64,000 nucleotides of DNA from Curvularia clavata (lineage: Eukaryota), in contig CP089280.1 of the NCBI GenBank assembly GCA_023920165.1, forward strand, positions 2,542,001-2,606,000, given 5' to 3'. A program made the position numbers and the translations under genes. Positions 13,011-25,825 of the stretch are shown here, piece by piece. Each line of letters begins with the position of its first letter. The stretch's first letter is position 1. The notes below the pieces were generated by a model that saw only the letters and a list, made by a program, of their open reading frames with translations, searched no databases and was not told where the DNA came from.

Positions 13011-13466
13011 ACTGCATGCTCAGCATGGATCAACTTTGTATGACATTGTCTTCCATCGTATTTCATTGCGTGTATCGAGTGTCCTGTACTTCCGGGATCT
13101 CGGCTGGGGCCTTGTTGGGTAGTGTGCCCGAAACTGCAAGGCTTATGTAGATCCTGCCCATCACAGTCTTGGCAAGATGGTGGCGCATGTTTCTGTTTGG
13201 CTGGCTCGCATGATCCTTCCTACAAGCGATGCCGTGATCCCGCTTGGATATCGAAGATGAAACATTTTGGGAGTTTTTCTAAGAAGTCTGTTGTTGGAGG
13301 TTGAAACCGGACGCCTAACAGTGGTGGAAATGTGATGTCATTGGTTGATATTGACATTAGTTGACTCTAGTCGGGCCTTTGTTAGAAGTAGGAGTTCTAC
13401 AAAAGAAAACTCGAGGATGACTGTGATTTGGAAAAACTGGATGAGCCCTACACTGCGGCTGTCGAC

Positions 13467-14255
13467 ATGTCGCTCCCTATTGCATACTCAGTACTTGCTT
13501 CTTTGCTAGCAACATCCCACGCTCAATCCTCATCCGACTCTGGCTCTCAGTCGTTGACATGCGACGATCTCTCTGGAGGCCTCGCATATAATGCCTCTGT
13601 CACTCACAACACTACGGCTGTAAACTTTGCCTACCTTGGAAACGATGATGGTGTGACTGTCTCAGCAGACGATACGAACACTTAGAAGATTTCATCCCAC
13701 GTTAGGCCTGCATATGATAGCGATAGGGTCATGTCTAGCGAAAACCAAACGCAAACTGTTCTATGGCTTGATACTGAAGATACAGACATGGGGCGTCTAG
13801 GTGATCACATCGGCCTGTGCCACAACTATGTTCCGTTGCAAGACCACCGGAGTGGGAATCTGACGTGGAGCAGAGAAGTGTTGGAGAGGTCGCAGCAGGA
13901 TAATGGGGAGTTCAAGACGATGCTAGGGGAAGAGTGTGTTGCGGCACTGGAAAGGTGGTACACAGGTCAAGGCCCTAGTGTATGGAGTACTGATAGGTAC
14001 CCGGCATGCACCGTTATTCAAAACACTGTGCCTCCCGAATGCGAAGGCATGCTGTCTGAACCTTTCACCATGGGTAAGTTTCTCGGTCTAAGTCAACTGA
14101 GGGAGATCATGTTAACCATATTTACAGACGCTCTCGCTCTTGACACCTTCGCTGAAGATTGCATCTGGAGATGGGACAGGGGTGTCAATGCAACCTCATA
14201 CCCGCATGGTGCTACAGTACCGACATGCGGCGACCGAAACCTCAGCAGTAGCTAA
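13467..14255 (+). pseudogene. Secreted Cys-containing glycoprotein-like gene with premature stop
   Basis: Signal-peptide-like MSLPIAYSVLASLLATSHAQ and N-glycosylation sites. In-frame TAG at 13683-13685 (plausibly TGG) is followed by the same frame into ORF 13731-14255; probable intron near 14074-14127. Confidence 0.6.
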
Positions 14256-14774
14256 CACGTTACGTGTACACATATGTACAGGAGTGCACGTGCTTATGAT
14301 ATCAAGTAAGAGGGTCGGGTAGACACCAGATTGATAATAGTTGCGAGGTAGCGAGATGAATTTGCAGGAGTAAGTAAAACGCGCTATCAGACCGTAGTTC
14401 CCAAAGCGACCGTAATTCCGTTGGCACATTGTGCAAAGGTATACTCTGTGGGAGTTCTCAAGGCGCAAGCATCCGAGGTTGCTGCGCTAAGTCACCGCAG
14501 CGGTTATAAGCGCACAGTTCAGAACTATGATTACTTCCAGGAGGTTGGATGGAGTGGCTGCGCAAGAACCGTGGTATCGCCCTTCCGCAACAAAGAAGCT
14601 TCTATTCACATTCAACATTCAACTCCTGTTTCCATAGCCAAGTTTCCGTTATTGGTAGCCTTTCTACATTTGGAGTTCCCAGCTGTCAGAATCGCTTCCT
14701 CTAGAGCCCCCTTATAGATCAATCGCTTGTCTCTATAATAAGCTCCAATACATACTCTCAACATATAAGTGGAC

Positions 14775-16557
14775 TCAGAATAGCCATGCCAGAAATGTGC
14801 GATGTGCCTTGATCCAAAACAGCGTGGCGCCTGTAGCATCGTCGTTCTGCTGTTGCGCTTGCTCGAAACGTGCTCGTTCCTCAGCAACGGTCTCTTGAGG
14901 GACATCCGTGATCAGATCGGCCTCACCACTCCTCACGCGACGTGATTTTTGGATAGACTTATATCAAAAGATGCACAGAAGATAAACAGGGATTCCAACG
15001 TACTGCAGAACAAATGTGCGAGCATCAAAACTGCCGATAAAAGCCTCCGCGCCCTTAATGAGTATGAGAACGACCAGGAAAACCAATGCCATGCATGATC
15101 CGTGAAGGCCAAATGGCGCACGGTATGGTATGTAAGCTGTATCGATGCGCTGCGCCTTCCGCTGTTGGCAGAAGAATATGTGTGACATGAAGATGGACAC
15201 CCAAGTTAAAAGGCCTACGGAGGTCAGCAAGTAACAGGAGCCTCATAGTCGGAACGCGTACCGAAGATAGTAACAACGTTTGTCAAGTACCCGAAGACCT
15301 TGGCCGCGCCGGAGCTTGTGGAGAGATAGGCCAGACCGCAGAACGAACTGCACAGACCCACCGTGACGAAAGGCACACCGTGAGACGTTGTGCGGTTGAA
15401 GATGCGTGGGGCCTTGCCGTCCGCGGCAATGCTATAGAGTGTGCGCGAAGCGATGTATAGATCCAAGTTTGCAGCAGAAAACACGAAGACAACGAGGCAG
15501 CCATTGACTACATAGTCCAGGCCTTCGATCTTTGCAAGTTTAATGGCGACAACAAACAGGGAAGCCGCTGCAGACACCTTTGCCCCTGAAGCGAACACCA
15601 GCGCCGGACTGTTTTAAGGAACAACCATTCCAAGCAGGAACACAGCGGTAATGTAGAAGAAAAGTATGCGGTAGAATGTGAGGCGTATTGCTTTGGGCAT
15701 GCAGAGACGAGGGTGCTTAGCTTCGCCAACAGTTACACCAACAAGCTCGGTACCGGAAAAAGCGTACACTGCTGTGACCATGGCGCTCCATAGACCAAAG
15801 AGTCGTCCAGTTGGGCCGCTGGCCTTGTACTCGGCGAAGGCGCCGGGATCTTGCCAGTAACGAAAACCGGGTCTGTCCCCCATCGGGCCACCGCCGACAG
15901 CAAGGACGAACAAGAGCACAATGACGCCGATCATAATGATGACTTTCAACGAGGAAAGCCAGAACTCGAACTCTCCGAACGCTCTGACACCGATACTGTT
16001 GATCAGAATGATGAGGAATAGGGAGACCGTAATGAATACAGCTGGGCTTACGCGGTCTCCTATCCAGTATTTCATTAGGAGAGCAAGGGCCGACAGTTGA
16101 TTGGGAGTGGCTAGAAGATATTTGAAAAAGTAGACGTAGCCCGTGGCGAACCCGAGAGCAGGATCGACAAAGCGTGTTGCATAGCCACCGAAGCCACGGG
16201 CAGAGGGCATGAACGAGACCATCTCACCCAGCGCAGTCATGACAAGGAAGACTACAAAATCCACTATGCTGTAATCTATGAGGATACCAGCTGGACCGGC
16301 CTTGACTAACGCAGAACCGCTTCGAGCAAAGTCAGTGGATGCCGGTGCAGAAGAGCAGCGTAAAAAACATACGTGCCAACCAGAAGCCCAGTCCCCAGCG
16401 CACCTCCCAGCGCAATCAGGATAACATGACGGCCTTCAAGGCGCTTGTGAAGGTCATATCCTGGAGCATCGGGTGGATTCTGTGTCGCGCCCAAGGCAAC
16501 GTCTGGCTGATGCGGTGAGTGGCACGCGTGGAAGGTGCCAAGCTCTTTCTCGGCCAT
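14775..16557 (-). pseudogene. Amino acid permease (APC/YAT family, Dip5-like) with two nonsense codons
   Basis: LEGRHVILIALGGALGTGLLVG, ALGEM, RFVDPALGFA, FGEFEFW, FSGTELVG and PYRAPF motifs. TAA at 15614-15616 (VVP*NS, expected Y) and TGA at 14964-14966 (IF*YK, expected G); the frame continues to TGA at 14775. Confidence 0.88.
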
Positions 16558-16811
16558 AGTGCAGCTGATTACGGTTTGAGAGAGGAGCGACCGATTGAAG
16601 TGATAATAAGTCCAAGTAGTACCTTACCTTGATCTTATGGTTGCTAATTTATGCTGCACGGAGTCCAGCGTTCGGATGGGGAATCCGGGCGAACTATTGT
16701 TCGGGTTTGGAATCCGCGTATGGGACGCGAACAGCTAAGGATCGGATCGGATATCAACACCGGCAATGTTTTGGTCAGCTCCCAGGATCAATTGTTATCA
16801 TATGGCTATCG

Positions 16812-19329
16812 TCACTCCCGAGCTGCATTGTACCCGGTTACGGATGCCTCGTTATCAGTCCAAAGCCAGTCATGTGGAAGCCGATCGCTTGGTGTGTCTA
16901 GAAATGCTGGCTCCCACTCCAAGAATGCAGTAATAGGAAACAGCTCGGACGTTTCTTGCGTTGTGCTTGCGGTGTAAGGTAACGTTCCATGAGTTTCCAT
17001 CGCGTCCGCGCGGATAAAGGCAGTCTCTACGTGCGCCACTTCGTTTTCATGTTGCAGCTCGCGGCCATTGTTGTTGAGTGACTGCATTGTTGAGGCTGGA
17101 AACCTTGCTTGCACTTGCCTTATCGCGTCTTGGAGATGCTCTAGATCATTTTTGCGAAACTTGGCTACACGGTTCCCACGCAATATCATCGTGTCGAGAA
17201 CGTCGGTAGCAATGGCGGCGCAGTCATTATACTCGGAACCAGCATTAAGTGGCAGAGCAGATGTCATTGTCAAAGTGAATATCGACGAGAATGCCTGCTC
17301 AAGATCGAAAGGCAGGAACGTCTCCAATAGGTGCTGCGACTGCAAGGTAGACAGTATGTCCAATGACGTCTGAGCGGATCTTGACATGGCTTCGAGTACT
17401 GTTTTGATAGGATGTGCGATACTGTGCTGGCCGTGACGACACACCAATACATCTTTTATGAGGCAGATCAAAATTGGACGGGCAGCAAGTACAATGCACT
17501 TAGCACTCTTAGCATGACTATCGGCGTGAATGGCAGGCGTTGTGCTCACCTGGTGGAAGCAGAGGTTAAGTGTTGCAGAGACCCTCGAAACAGACCCTGA
17601 GCGGCCAGACCTTAGAGGAAACCTTTCAGAAAGGTCAGGCAACATGTTTGCCGTCTTTTGTAGCACATCCTTGATATCTGCAAGGGCTGAGCGATCTAGT
17701 TTATCGCCCGCGTTATAGACTGCTGTAGATGATGTACGATTAGCGGCGTATTTGTGAAATCACTGAGACACTCACTGTTCAAAACCTGGGTGAGAAGCTT
17801 TGTTATCCTCACATGCATAGCAAGAGCATCGAACCTATCGCCTCTACTGCGCGCTGCCGGAAGAGCAACGGTAATGTCGCTGTCGTGTACAGAACTCGGG
17901 GCGCCCATGAGGGATGAGAATTTTCGGTCGAGGATGTAACAGGTCCACCAAACATTACGCAGCCGTGTTCGTTCATTGATGCTCAAGTCTTCCATATCAT
18001 GCTCTCGATGCAAACCTTGCGTCAAGGCAATCCGTAGACCTTGGCCAATCTATCGCTGTCAATGAATTTTACATGACGGTACCGGGATCTACATACGTAG
18101 AGATAGGCGCTGTTTCTGTGATCTATGGATTGGAGGTATAAGCTAAGACAACACAGCAGCTCGATAGAACGGATGGCATCTTGGTAGAGACCATGAGTAT
18201 CTGGCAGCATGTCCAAGACTCGTGCAACTAGACTACCACCAGCAGGAGACCTCCCAGTCATCACCGGAGCCAGAAGCGCCTGGCCTAAAGCCAACACCAG
18301 TAGGAAATGCAGGAGCCACAACGGCGTTTTTTGTGCTGGATCTGGGAATGTTGGGTGGTTGTAGAACTCATCAAGTTCCGCCAGGAAGCTACCCTCGTCG
18401 AACAAATGGTACGTTTGACCCAGATGAAACTTGACTGTGTTGGTGAGGTAGATGGCGTAATCCCTCGAGGGTATGTCCTCTTGAGGTTGTAGTCTTGATT
18501 CACGAGACGATGGCCAATCCAGCACAAAGGCTTGTGCATCGACCGAAGCGGGCGTTCCGTTGATTTCTGCTGTATCCACATAATTTCGCAGTAGCCGGAT
18601 GGCCTGTTGACTATATGCCCAGGTAGACGACGGGCCTAGCCAACCTGGGGTCTTCAGTCATTATTTTCTTACTGAGCCTCGATTTCATGACTTACGTCTC
18701 CTACCTACAGCGTCTGTGACAAAGGTTGGTGAAGAAATCAAAGGATTGCACAAATTTGCATCGGTTTCTGCGGTGTGCCTCGGTGGTATATCGATTGGGA
18801 ATGTCACACCATCGTCAATCGATGGCACAAAGTGTCCAAGCTCGATGTGCGTCGGATCAGTGCTCACTTATGCCGGCTTAGTAACTGCACGTTTGCCGTC
18901 GCATGCTGACTTACTGCAGTCCTGAGGTCCGATCGCCGGATTGGAGGGATTGCTCTCATGCCGCTCCGATGATGCTTCAGGTGTTTGATTGCAAGAGCCT
19001 TCCCTGAAATTTCTGCGCTTCAGACTGTTCAGATATCTAACTCGATTACTTCAACATGCATATCGTAACTGAAGCAGTCACTCACCTTTCTGAGACCAGG
19101 ACCTTCTTATCACTTAGATTGAAGAGACACTCTGCAGAACAACGACTGCAAGCGGTGCATGGCCAAGAGCCCGAACACTTCACCTTCCGGTCTCGACAAC
19201 GCAAACAACTAAAGAAGAACGGTTCAGCAGTCGTTCCTTCGGTCGGCGGTCTGGTATATACGCATTGTTGGTACGCCTTCCCCGAGCCTGTCGCGGGCCA
19301 CGTGCGGGCGTCGTTGACTGACCAGTCAT
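16812..19329 (-). CDS. Zn(II)2Cys6 transcription factor with fungal-specific TF (middle homology) domain; multi-exon
   Basis: RRTNNA|CLRCRDRKVKCSGSWPCTACSRCSAEC, WLGPSSTW, ERTRLRNVWWTCYILDRKFSSLMGAP and FLPFDLEQAFSS; introns restore the frame. Confidence 0.9.
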
Positions 19330-20294
19330 TCCTCTCCAGAGTACGCACAACTGCTGGTGCGCTTTCCAGTTGACCACGGTGGATAGATGTGCACTCAAGT
19401 AGAGCCGGGCAATGCAGGAGACTCCGGTGGCATCGCTCGAATGAGTAGTGTAGTTCTAGTGGCCTGCGTTGTTTCACACGCGCACGGTCCGGCGTGTCCG
19501 CCCGTGACCCCGCTTTACCGCTTTGCCACTCCAAGCACAAGTATCTGCAAAAATCTAGACTCACTTTCTGATTTGAATTATTCTTGAGCTTGCGCAACGC
19601 ATCGTAAGAGCATTTGGTTTTCTGTGGCGAAGTGAATATACCGTTTCTTGATGTTGCTACATCTGTCAATCGCAGCAATGGCCTGTCTCAGTAGTTGCAA
19701 ATTGACACCCTGACCTTGAACCATTTCATCGATCGTATCGACGCCGACATTAGCAACACGTAAAAATACAATTAGACCTGTATTCTGAGATGATTACCCA
19801 CACGTGAGCGGGCCAGGAAGCAGCCAAACGTGACGCTAAGGGACAGTGTTAAAAGAGGATCACAAGGTTTCCAAAGCTCTGCAATCCTCGAAAGAACGAG
19901 AAGAAGCTGGCGAAAGGCTTGAAAAGAAGTAGCGTGGTGCTGCGGCTATCTGTAGTGGTGCTACAGCCAGGTCTTACTCTCCATACCCTCCAGCAGCTGC
20001 TGCGGCCGCCCCACCAGTGCTCCGCGGGTTTAAATGAAGACATTGTGTACGTGGTTTGATTTTACATCATGCAAGACGCGACGCTTGTAATCTAAGATAC
20101 TGTATGTGGCACTTTAACCTCATTTCAGGTGTTTTTCAGGTGTCCTGCGACACGAGCGATCTGACGTTGCGTGTGCGAACACGGCAAGGAAAGATGCTCA
20201 GTACAAACACGGTCCTACTAACCCCGCTTCGCAGCTCTTGATGTCAGGTAAGACAACAAATGGCGCATATCCCCAATCCCAACAGAGAAAGCGC

Positions 20295-21722
20295 TTATGT
20301 GGCTGCTGATTGTGTCAAAGCGCTGCTGAACTGTGCAGCTATAGCTGTAGCTGCACGCTCTACGTTCCCAACGCTTAGTCCTGCGATGTTGATGCGGCCA
20401 TTGGCCGGTAGGTGAATGTGGTAATTGTCTGTAAGCGCGCGGCACTGTTCCGCAGACAAAGGCAAATAGCTACTGAAAGTCAACACATGACTTATTCTTT
20501 TCGGACCTTGCCATGGACTCACGAGAACAACCCTTTTCCCTTGATGATCCCCGACCATTCACCCGGGACCCCTGTCGCCGCAACATGGGTTGAGAAACTG
20601 TACCGATTCCTCTTCAACCTGCTCCTCATGCATCCCAGTTCTTCGGCCCTGTATGGGTTTCAGTGAGGTTGCTCACAAGATCGGGCGGAACACCAACCAT
20701 GAATCGTGGGCTTCGCCGTCGCTAAGCACAATTGTCACCAAGCGACTTCCGTACGCAGGAGACGATGAGTATGTGTGGCGTATCATGCTTCTCAGTCTGT
20801 CTTTGACGTCTGCTGCGACAACACTAGATCGCGAGACTACATGCAGCGCACCGCATCGTTCGCCGTAGAGCGCAAAGTTCTTCGAGAACGATTGGCATAC
20901 CAGCAACTCCAATCCGGCTTCGACCAGGGCTCTCAGACCGGCAGCGTCCTCATCCAACCCATCTCCAAGCCCTTGGTAGGCTATATCCACAATGATGAGG
21001 TGATCCCGGCGCGTCAGTTCGCTGGCCAGCTGCTTCCATTGCTGGATACTCAGGTCCACGCCTGTTGGATTGTGACAGCATCCCTGCAGCACGAAGATAC
21101 TGTTGCTGGGTGCTGTTCGCACTGTGTTCAATAAGGCATCAAGGTTCGGCCCCAAGCCTGAGGCGTTAAGATACGAGTAGGTGGATACTTCCAGGCCGAC
21201 ATGTTGAAAGATAGGGATGTGGTTGCCCCAAGTTGGTATTCCGATGTAAACGTTCGCTGTCGGAAATTCTTTCGCCAATAGCGATGCAGCAAGTGAGTTT
21301 GCCCCAGTTCCGGAAATTGTTTGCACCGAAGATATCCTGTTCTGAGCTACAGCCGTGGATCGCTCCCCAAACAAGATCTCTGCGCTCAACCGGAGGAACT
21401 CTGCATCCCCGATTGTTGGTGCATACTGAGGTCATTGTCAGCTTTAGTTTTACAACATGCGGTACTCCAGCTCAGCTAACATCATGGCCAAGTTGCAATC
21501 CATGCAGTGTTTCTTTGGCCTATTGCAACCGTCAGCTTGGTGCCCCAACCATCACTTTGGGTGTCTGACCCGCTTCACTACTCCTAACTCCTGGTAGCTT
21601 CCGGCTTCGCTACGATAAATCCCCACACCCAGATCGATCTTATGTGGATTTGTGTCCGCGTCTGCTCTGGCTTTAAGGTCAAACATCGGGTCAGGAGGCC
21701 CTCGCTTAACTTTCTCAAGCAT
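20295..21722 (-). CDS. Aspartate aminotransferase (PLP class I) paralog; multi-exon
   Basis: PPDPMF, KIDLGVGIYR, QTISGTGA, PTWGNH, CCHNPTGVD, DIAYQG, SFSKNFALYGER (PLP lysine) and GRINIAGL. Confidence 0.95.
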
Positions 21723-22081
21723 AGCGCCTATAGGTCTGAGGTGGTATTGAATGAACACTCGTCTGGAGTTCTTTGTGTATCAGTCGAGTAGCAACAAGCT
21801 GCATGGACTCTTATAACGAGCTTAAGGATACGCCGAATGTGGTTAGTTGCTTTCGGGTTCGTGGTTTGCGGTCCGAGCACCACGGCTCGGAAGCAGAACC
21901 CGAGAACCAAGCGTCATGAGACGTTAGAGATGAGAGATGATGCAAGGTTCAAAGTCCTTGTCAAAATGCAGTATATAGTCTTCCTCACCTTCTATTTGCA
22001 TCGAATGAGCGCAAGAATCTTCTGACCAAGCAATCAAGCTACTGACAAGCATCGGAGTGCTCAGCCGTCAGCGTCACAACC

Positions 22082-23020
22082 ATGGCTTTGCAAGCTGTCA
22101 ACAACCTGCTTCTTCAGCGCAGGGTAGGAGGTCTTTGTACTGTACGTCCAACTGTATTTACCAACATCTGGAACCCTGCCACTTCAGTTGCTTATCGCTT
22201 ACCAACACTAAGGCAATGGGTATCCGGATGGTTGCAGACCCTCAGATTGTGGACCTTGCAGTGAATGCAGGATACCATAGCCTTTTCATCGATCTGGAGC
22301 ACTCAAATTTTTCCATACAGAACGCAAGTCATCTATGCCTGGCGGGTTTGCGTAGAGGGATCACCCCGTTTGTGAGGGTACCCTACCAGTGTGGTAACGG
22401 ATTCATCCAGAGGATTTTAGATGGGGGTGCGATGGGAATCGTCTTCCCACACATTCATGCAAAAGGTGAGCTCAGACTGAGACACCTAGTCATCTGACAT
22501 TCCTAATGAGTCCATGACAGATGATGCGCAGGCGGCTGTATCTATCAGCAAGTACCCTCCTCTCGGCAAGCGATCGATGACAGGGCAGCTACCGCTCTTC
22601 GGCCTGAAGACCACACATCAGGATCAAATCATATCAGAGAGCAATAGTCGAGGGTCGAGTGTATTTCTCATGATTGAAACGAAAGAGAGCATCGATAATG
22701 TGGGGGACATTGCATCTGTTGAAGGTGTTGATGTCCTATTGATTGGATCAAATGATCTAGCCATCGAGCTTGGCGTGCCAGGACAATTCGAAAGCCAAAA
22801 ATTCCGATCAGCTCTGGCTAAAGTAAGCGAAGCATGTAGGAAGCATGGAAAGATCATGGGACTAGCTGGTATCTACGGCCAGCCGGTCATCCAGGATTGG
22901 GCTGTGAACGAACTTGGCGTCGGCTTCATCCTGGTTGGACAAGATTCCGGTTTTATTGCTGCAACAGCGAAAGAAAGCGTGAGAGCAGTACCTAGCAAGA
23001 GGCAAGCAGCGTCTTCTTGA
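22082..23020 (+). CDS. HpcH/HpaI aldolase family (class II pyruvate aldolase); 2 introns
   Basis: FIDLEHS, PFVRVP, LDGGAMGIVFPH, KYPPLGKRS, MIET and VDVLLIGSNDLAIELG. Confidence 0.93.
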
Positions 23021-24001
23021 ACGACTACAAATAACCATCGCACAAAACGTACTCTACATACGAATCGACAGTGTTCAGATGTTCATATATCAACTGTCGC
23101 AAAGCACGTGGCAGGGTCAACGCTCACTACAACACTTTTGATCTTTCGCAAAATCACAACATAGCATCAGAGTAGAATGGGAGAGACACTCAACACGGTT
23201 TTTCTTTTCTCTGTAGCCGTCGTCTAGAACGGTATGTATCGTCATTAGACTTGTGACTATGATGTCTATGAATATGGGCGTCTCGTTATTCTATAGCGCG
23301 AAGAGTGGCTAATCATGATCTAGAATATCATCTATCAGGCATCTATTCTTTCTAGGTTGATGCTTCGAAGTACAACCCAGGAGGTTCTCTCTGCTGCGGG
23401 AATGATGGTGCAAGTCTTGAAAGCGCATGGCTCTCACCATACTCATCGCCTTCTCTAGATAAAGCAAAGACTCAGTCGCGTTATTAATCTCGCCGACAGC
23501 AATTCTTTGTTCTCTATGCTGTACCAGCAACTCCACATGCGTCGTGCCTTCACGAAGCCCTGGTTCGCTCTTGGGAGGGCCAAAAGCCACATATACCGAC
23601 AGTTGGAGGGTTCTATACAAGCCAAAGAAAATGTCTCCCATCTTTATCTCCATGAGCTGTTCCGTTTCTCAAAGGGTTATAGGCCGAGGTGCAACATTTG
23701 GTTCCAAGCACATGCGGGAACATTTCATCAGAAATGTTGCAGCTATATTTGAGATCACACTGGGGTACCAACTCAGATCTAAGCGTTACTCTATTTTGAG
23801 CATATATGACAAGAGTATACTTAATTATCGCCGCAGGAAATCTTGTACCACAAAGACCCCGGTATATATGTCAATTTCCGTTGCCAATTGAGATAAAATT
23901 GCGCTTTGACACTGCAAGAATGAGACTAGTTTATATTTGTTCGTTCTGAAGATAAAAAGACGCTACAAAACAAGATTCAAGATTCTTGTACGTGGCTTGA
24001 C

Positions 24002-25066
24002 TTAGTACGCCTTGACGCCTGCTAATTTCAAGATCTGGTCATTGATTACCGGCTTTTCGAGCGGCTCTGATCGGTTGTGGGGATCGATAACACCATCCCT
24101 CATTGGTGGTCGCGCTGGATGGATGTTCCGATGAGGCCAATGTGTGGTTCCTTGCCATGTGTTGAAAAGCTCAGCTTTAAGCTCAAGGTCTTCTTTCTTT
24201 GCAAATTTGGCAGGGGTCATGCAGATATACTGCACGTGACGGATACGTTCACCCTGAGGAAATGTTGCCCAGTGCATGGTCCTGCTGTCCCAAAGGACCT
24301 AAACTGCTGTAAGTGACTGTTGTAACCCTTGTTTCCCGAGATGAGAACTTACAAGATCGCCGGGGTCCAAGTTCATCTTCTCGATCACACAACCTCGGTC
24401 TTGGAACCATTTGACGTGTTCATCGGTGAATCTGAAATGATCGATCATCTTCAACTCCGGCGGTGGCGCGTCAGGAGACTGAGCACCGATGCGCTCCTCT
24501 TTGAAGAATTCGTCAAATAGCTTGGCGCTTCCTTTCATCAACCAAAGACCTCCATCTTCAGGGCCATTGGGCTGGTAGTTGAGCAGGCCCTGGACGCACT
24601 GCATACCCTTTCGAAGTTGTGATTGATCACAATGTGGCCATGGAGTAAATACCAGATCTTTTTGTTGTGGTAGAGTAATATTCATGCCATCAAACGAAGT
24701 CAACAGCTCCTTAGTGCCCCATAGCTTTTCAAACACACCAAGAACTTTGGGCTCAGTTCTTGCCTCCCAAACGAATTTTTCATGGTTGCTGCCGTACCCG
24801 AAGTACATCCCGCCCTTGAAGCTAACTGGAAGATGATCTTTTGTCCATGTGGTCCTGTCTTCTGGATCGAATCCAAGGTTGAATGACTTCAACCACTCAA
24901 TTTGCTTCTGCTTATAGTATTCAGCACGTTCAGGGGTAACGCAGTTCTTGATGACAGCGCAGCCATCACGGTGAAAGTCGTCCCGCCAATCACCGAAAGA
25001 TTTGCCGTCATATTGAATCAGATCAACGCCGGTATCTGGGAGAGGCTCTTCTGCGTGGGGCGCCAT
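24002..25066 (-). CDS. Phytanoyl-CoA dioxygenase (PhyH)-like Fe(II)/2-oxoglutarate oxygenase; 1 intron
   Basis: DWRDDFHRDGCAVIK, LWGTKELLTSFDG, HCDQ (HxD), CVQGLLN and PGDL|VLWDSRTMHW (distal His). Confidence 0.9.
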
Positions 25067-25513
25067 TCTGTCTTCGGTGTTGTGAAAGTGAGATCGATGC
25101 GAAAATTATTAATCGGCTTGGGTATGCAACAATGGGCCTTTAATACATGACTTCGGTTGGATGCGGTTCCGTGTTTCCGAAGTGGAGGGAGTCCTTGCCC
25201 ACATCCTCCGACGAGTTTGCAGTTGACGGAAAATGTGGGCAGAGCAAGAGTCTAGGCTATCGGGCCAAAGTGGGTCAAATTGCCACGGATCTGACCCCGC
25301 ACTTGTAATATGCCCACTGTAGTCAACATGATATTGTAGAACTTTGGTCGTGTGGGTACCGGAGAACAGGTAGAATACTCCACCTTCTCTTTCTTGGCCA
25401 GCAGTGGAGGTGGAGTGGTCCGCAATAGTTTTTCTTATTTCACAACCTTGTAAACACTTCAAATAGTGGCCCCAATCATCTACCTTCATCTTCATAGGCA
25501 ATATTTTCACAAG

Positions 25514-25825
25514 ATGTTAGCACAAGCGCCCCAGGTTGCGTACAAGCCCATCACAAAACCGATCAGTGGCGATAATAATTATCAAAATTTACTCCTAGAA
25601 AGACGGAGGTTCTGAAGAAGGGTGCTAAGTCGCACTATACTCAAGCACTCGAGAGTGACATTTGCATCAACCATAACATTGAAATTGAAGTAAGAAACAA
25701 AGCGCGATTATATGCTAATATCTACCAGCCTGCCGATACCAAAGAGGAAGAAAGGCTGCTTGAAGTAGTAAGCTGTTCGTTTTTTGGCAAGAAATATAGA
25801 GCACTGCACATGTTGCCTATAGTAA
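25514..25825 (+). pseudogene. 5' relic of a CocE/NonD (peptidase S15) family hydrolase
   Basis: ATG 25514, a frameshift near 25590, then ...ICINHNIEIEVRNKARLYANIYQPAD...SFFGKKY, matching the family pattern HDVxIxVRDGxRLYADIYRP...SPYGK with G>A changes. The rest of the gene is absent. Confidence 0.6.

Noticed and set aside
19330..19678. N-terminal extension of ORF 19082-19678 as part of the TF
   Set aside because: Splicing from ATG 19329 gives the typical RRTNNAC entry into the zinc cluster; the extension is read-through of intron and 5' sequence.
23309..23891. Overlapping short ORFs between the aldolase and the dioxygenase
   Set aside because: No motifs or consistent splice structure.
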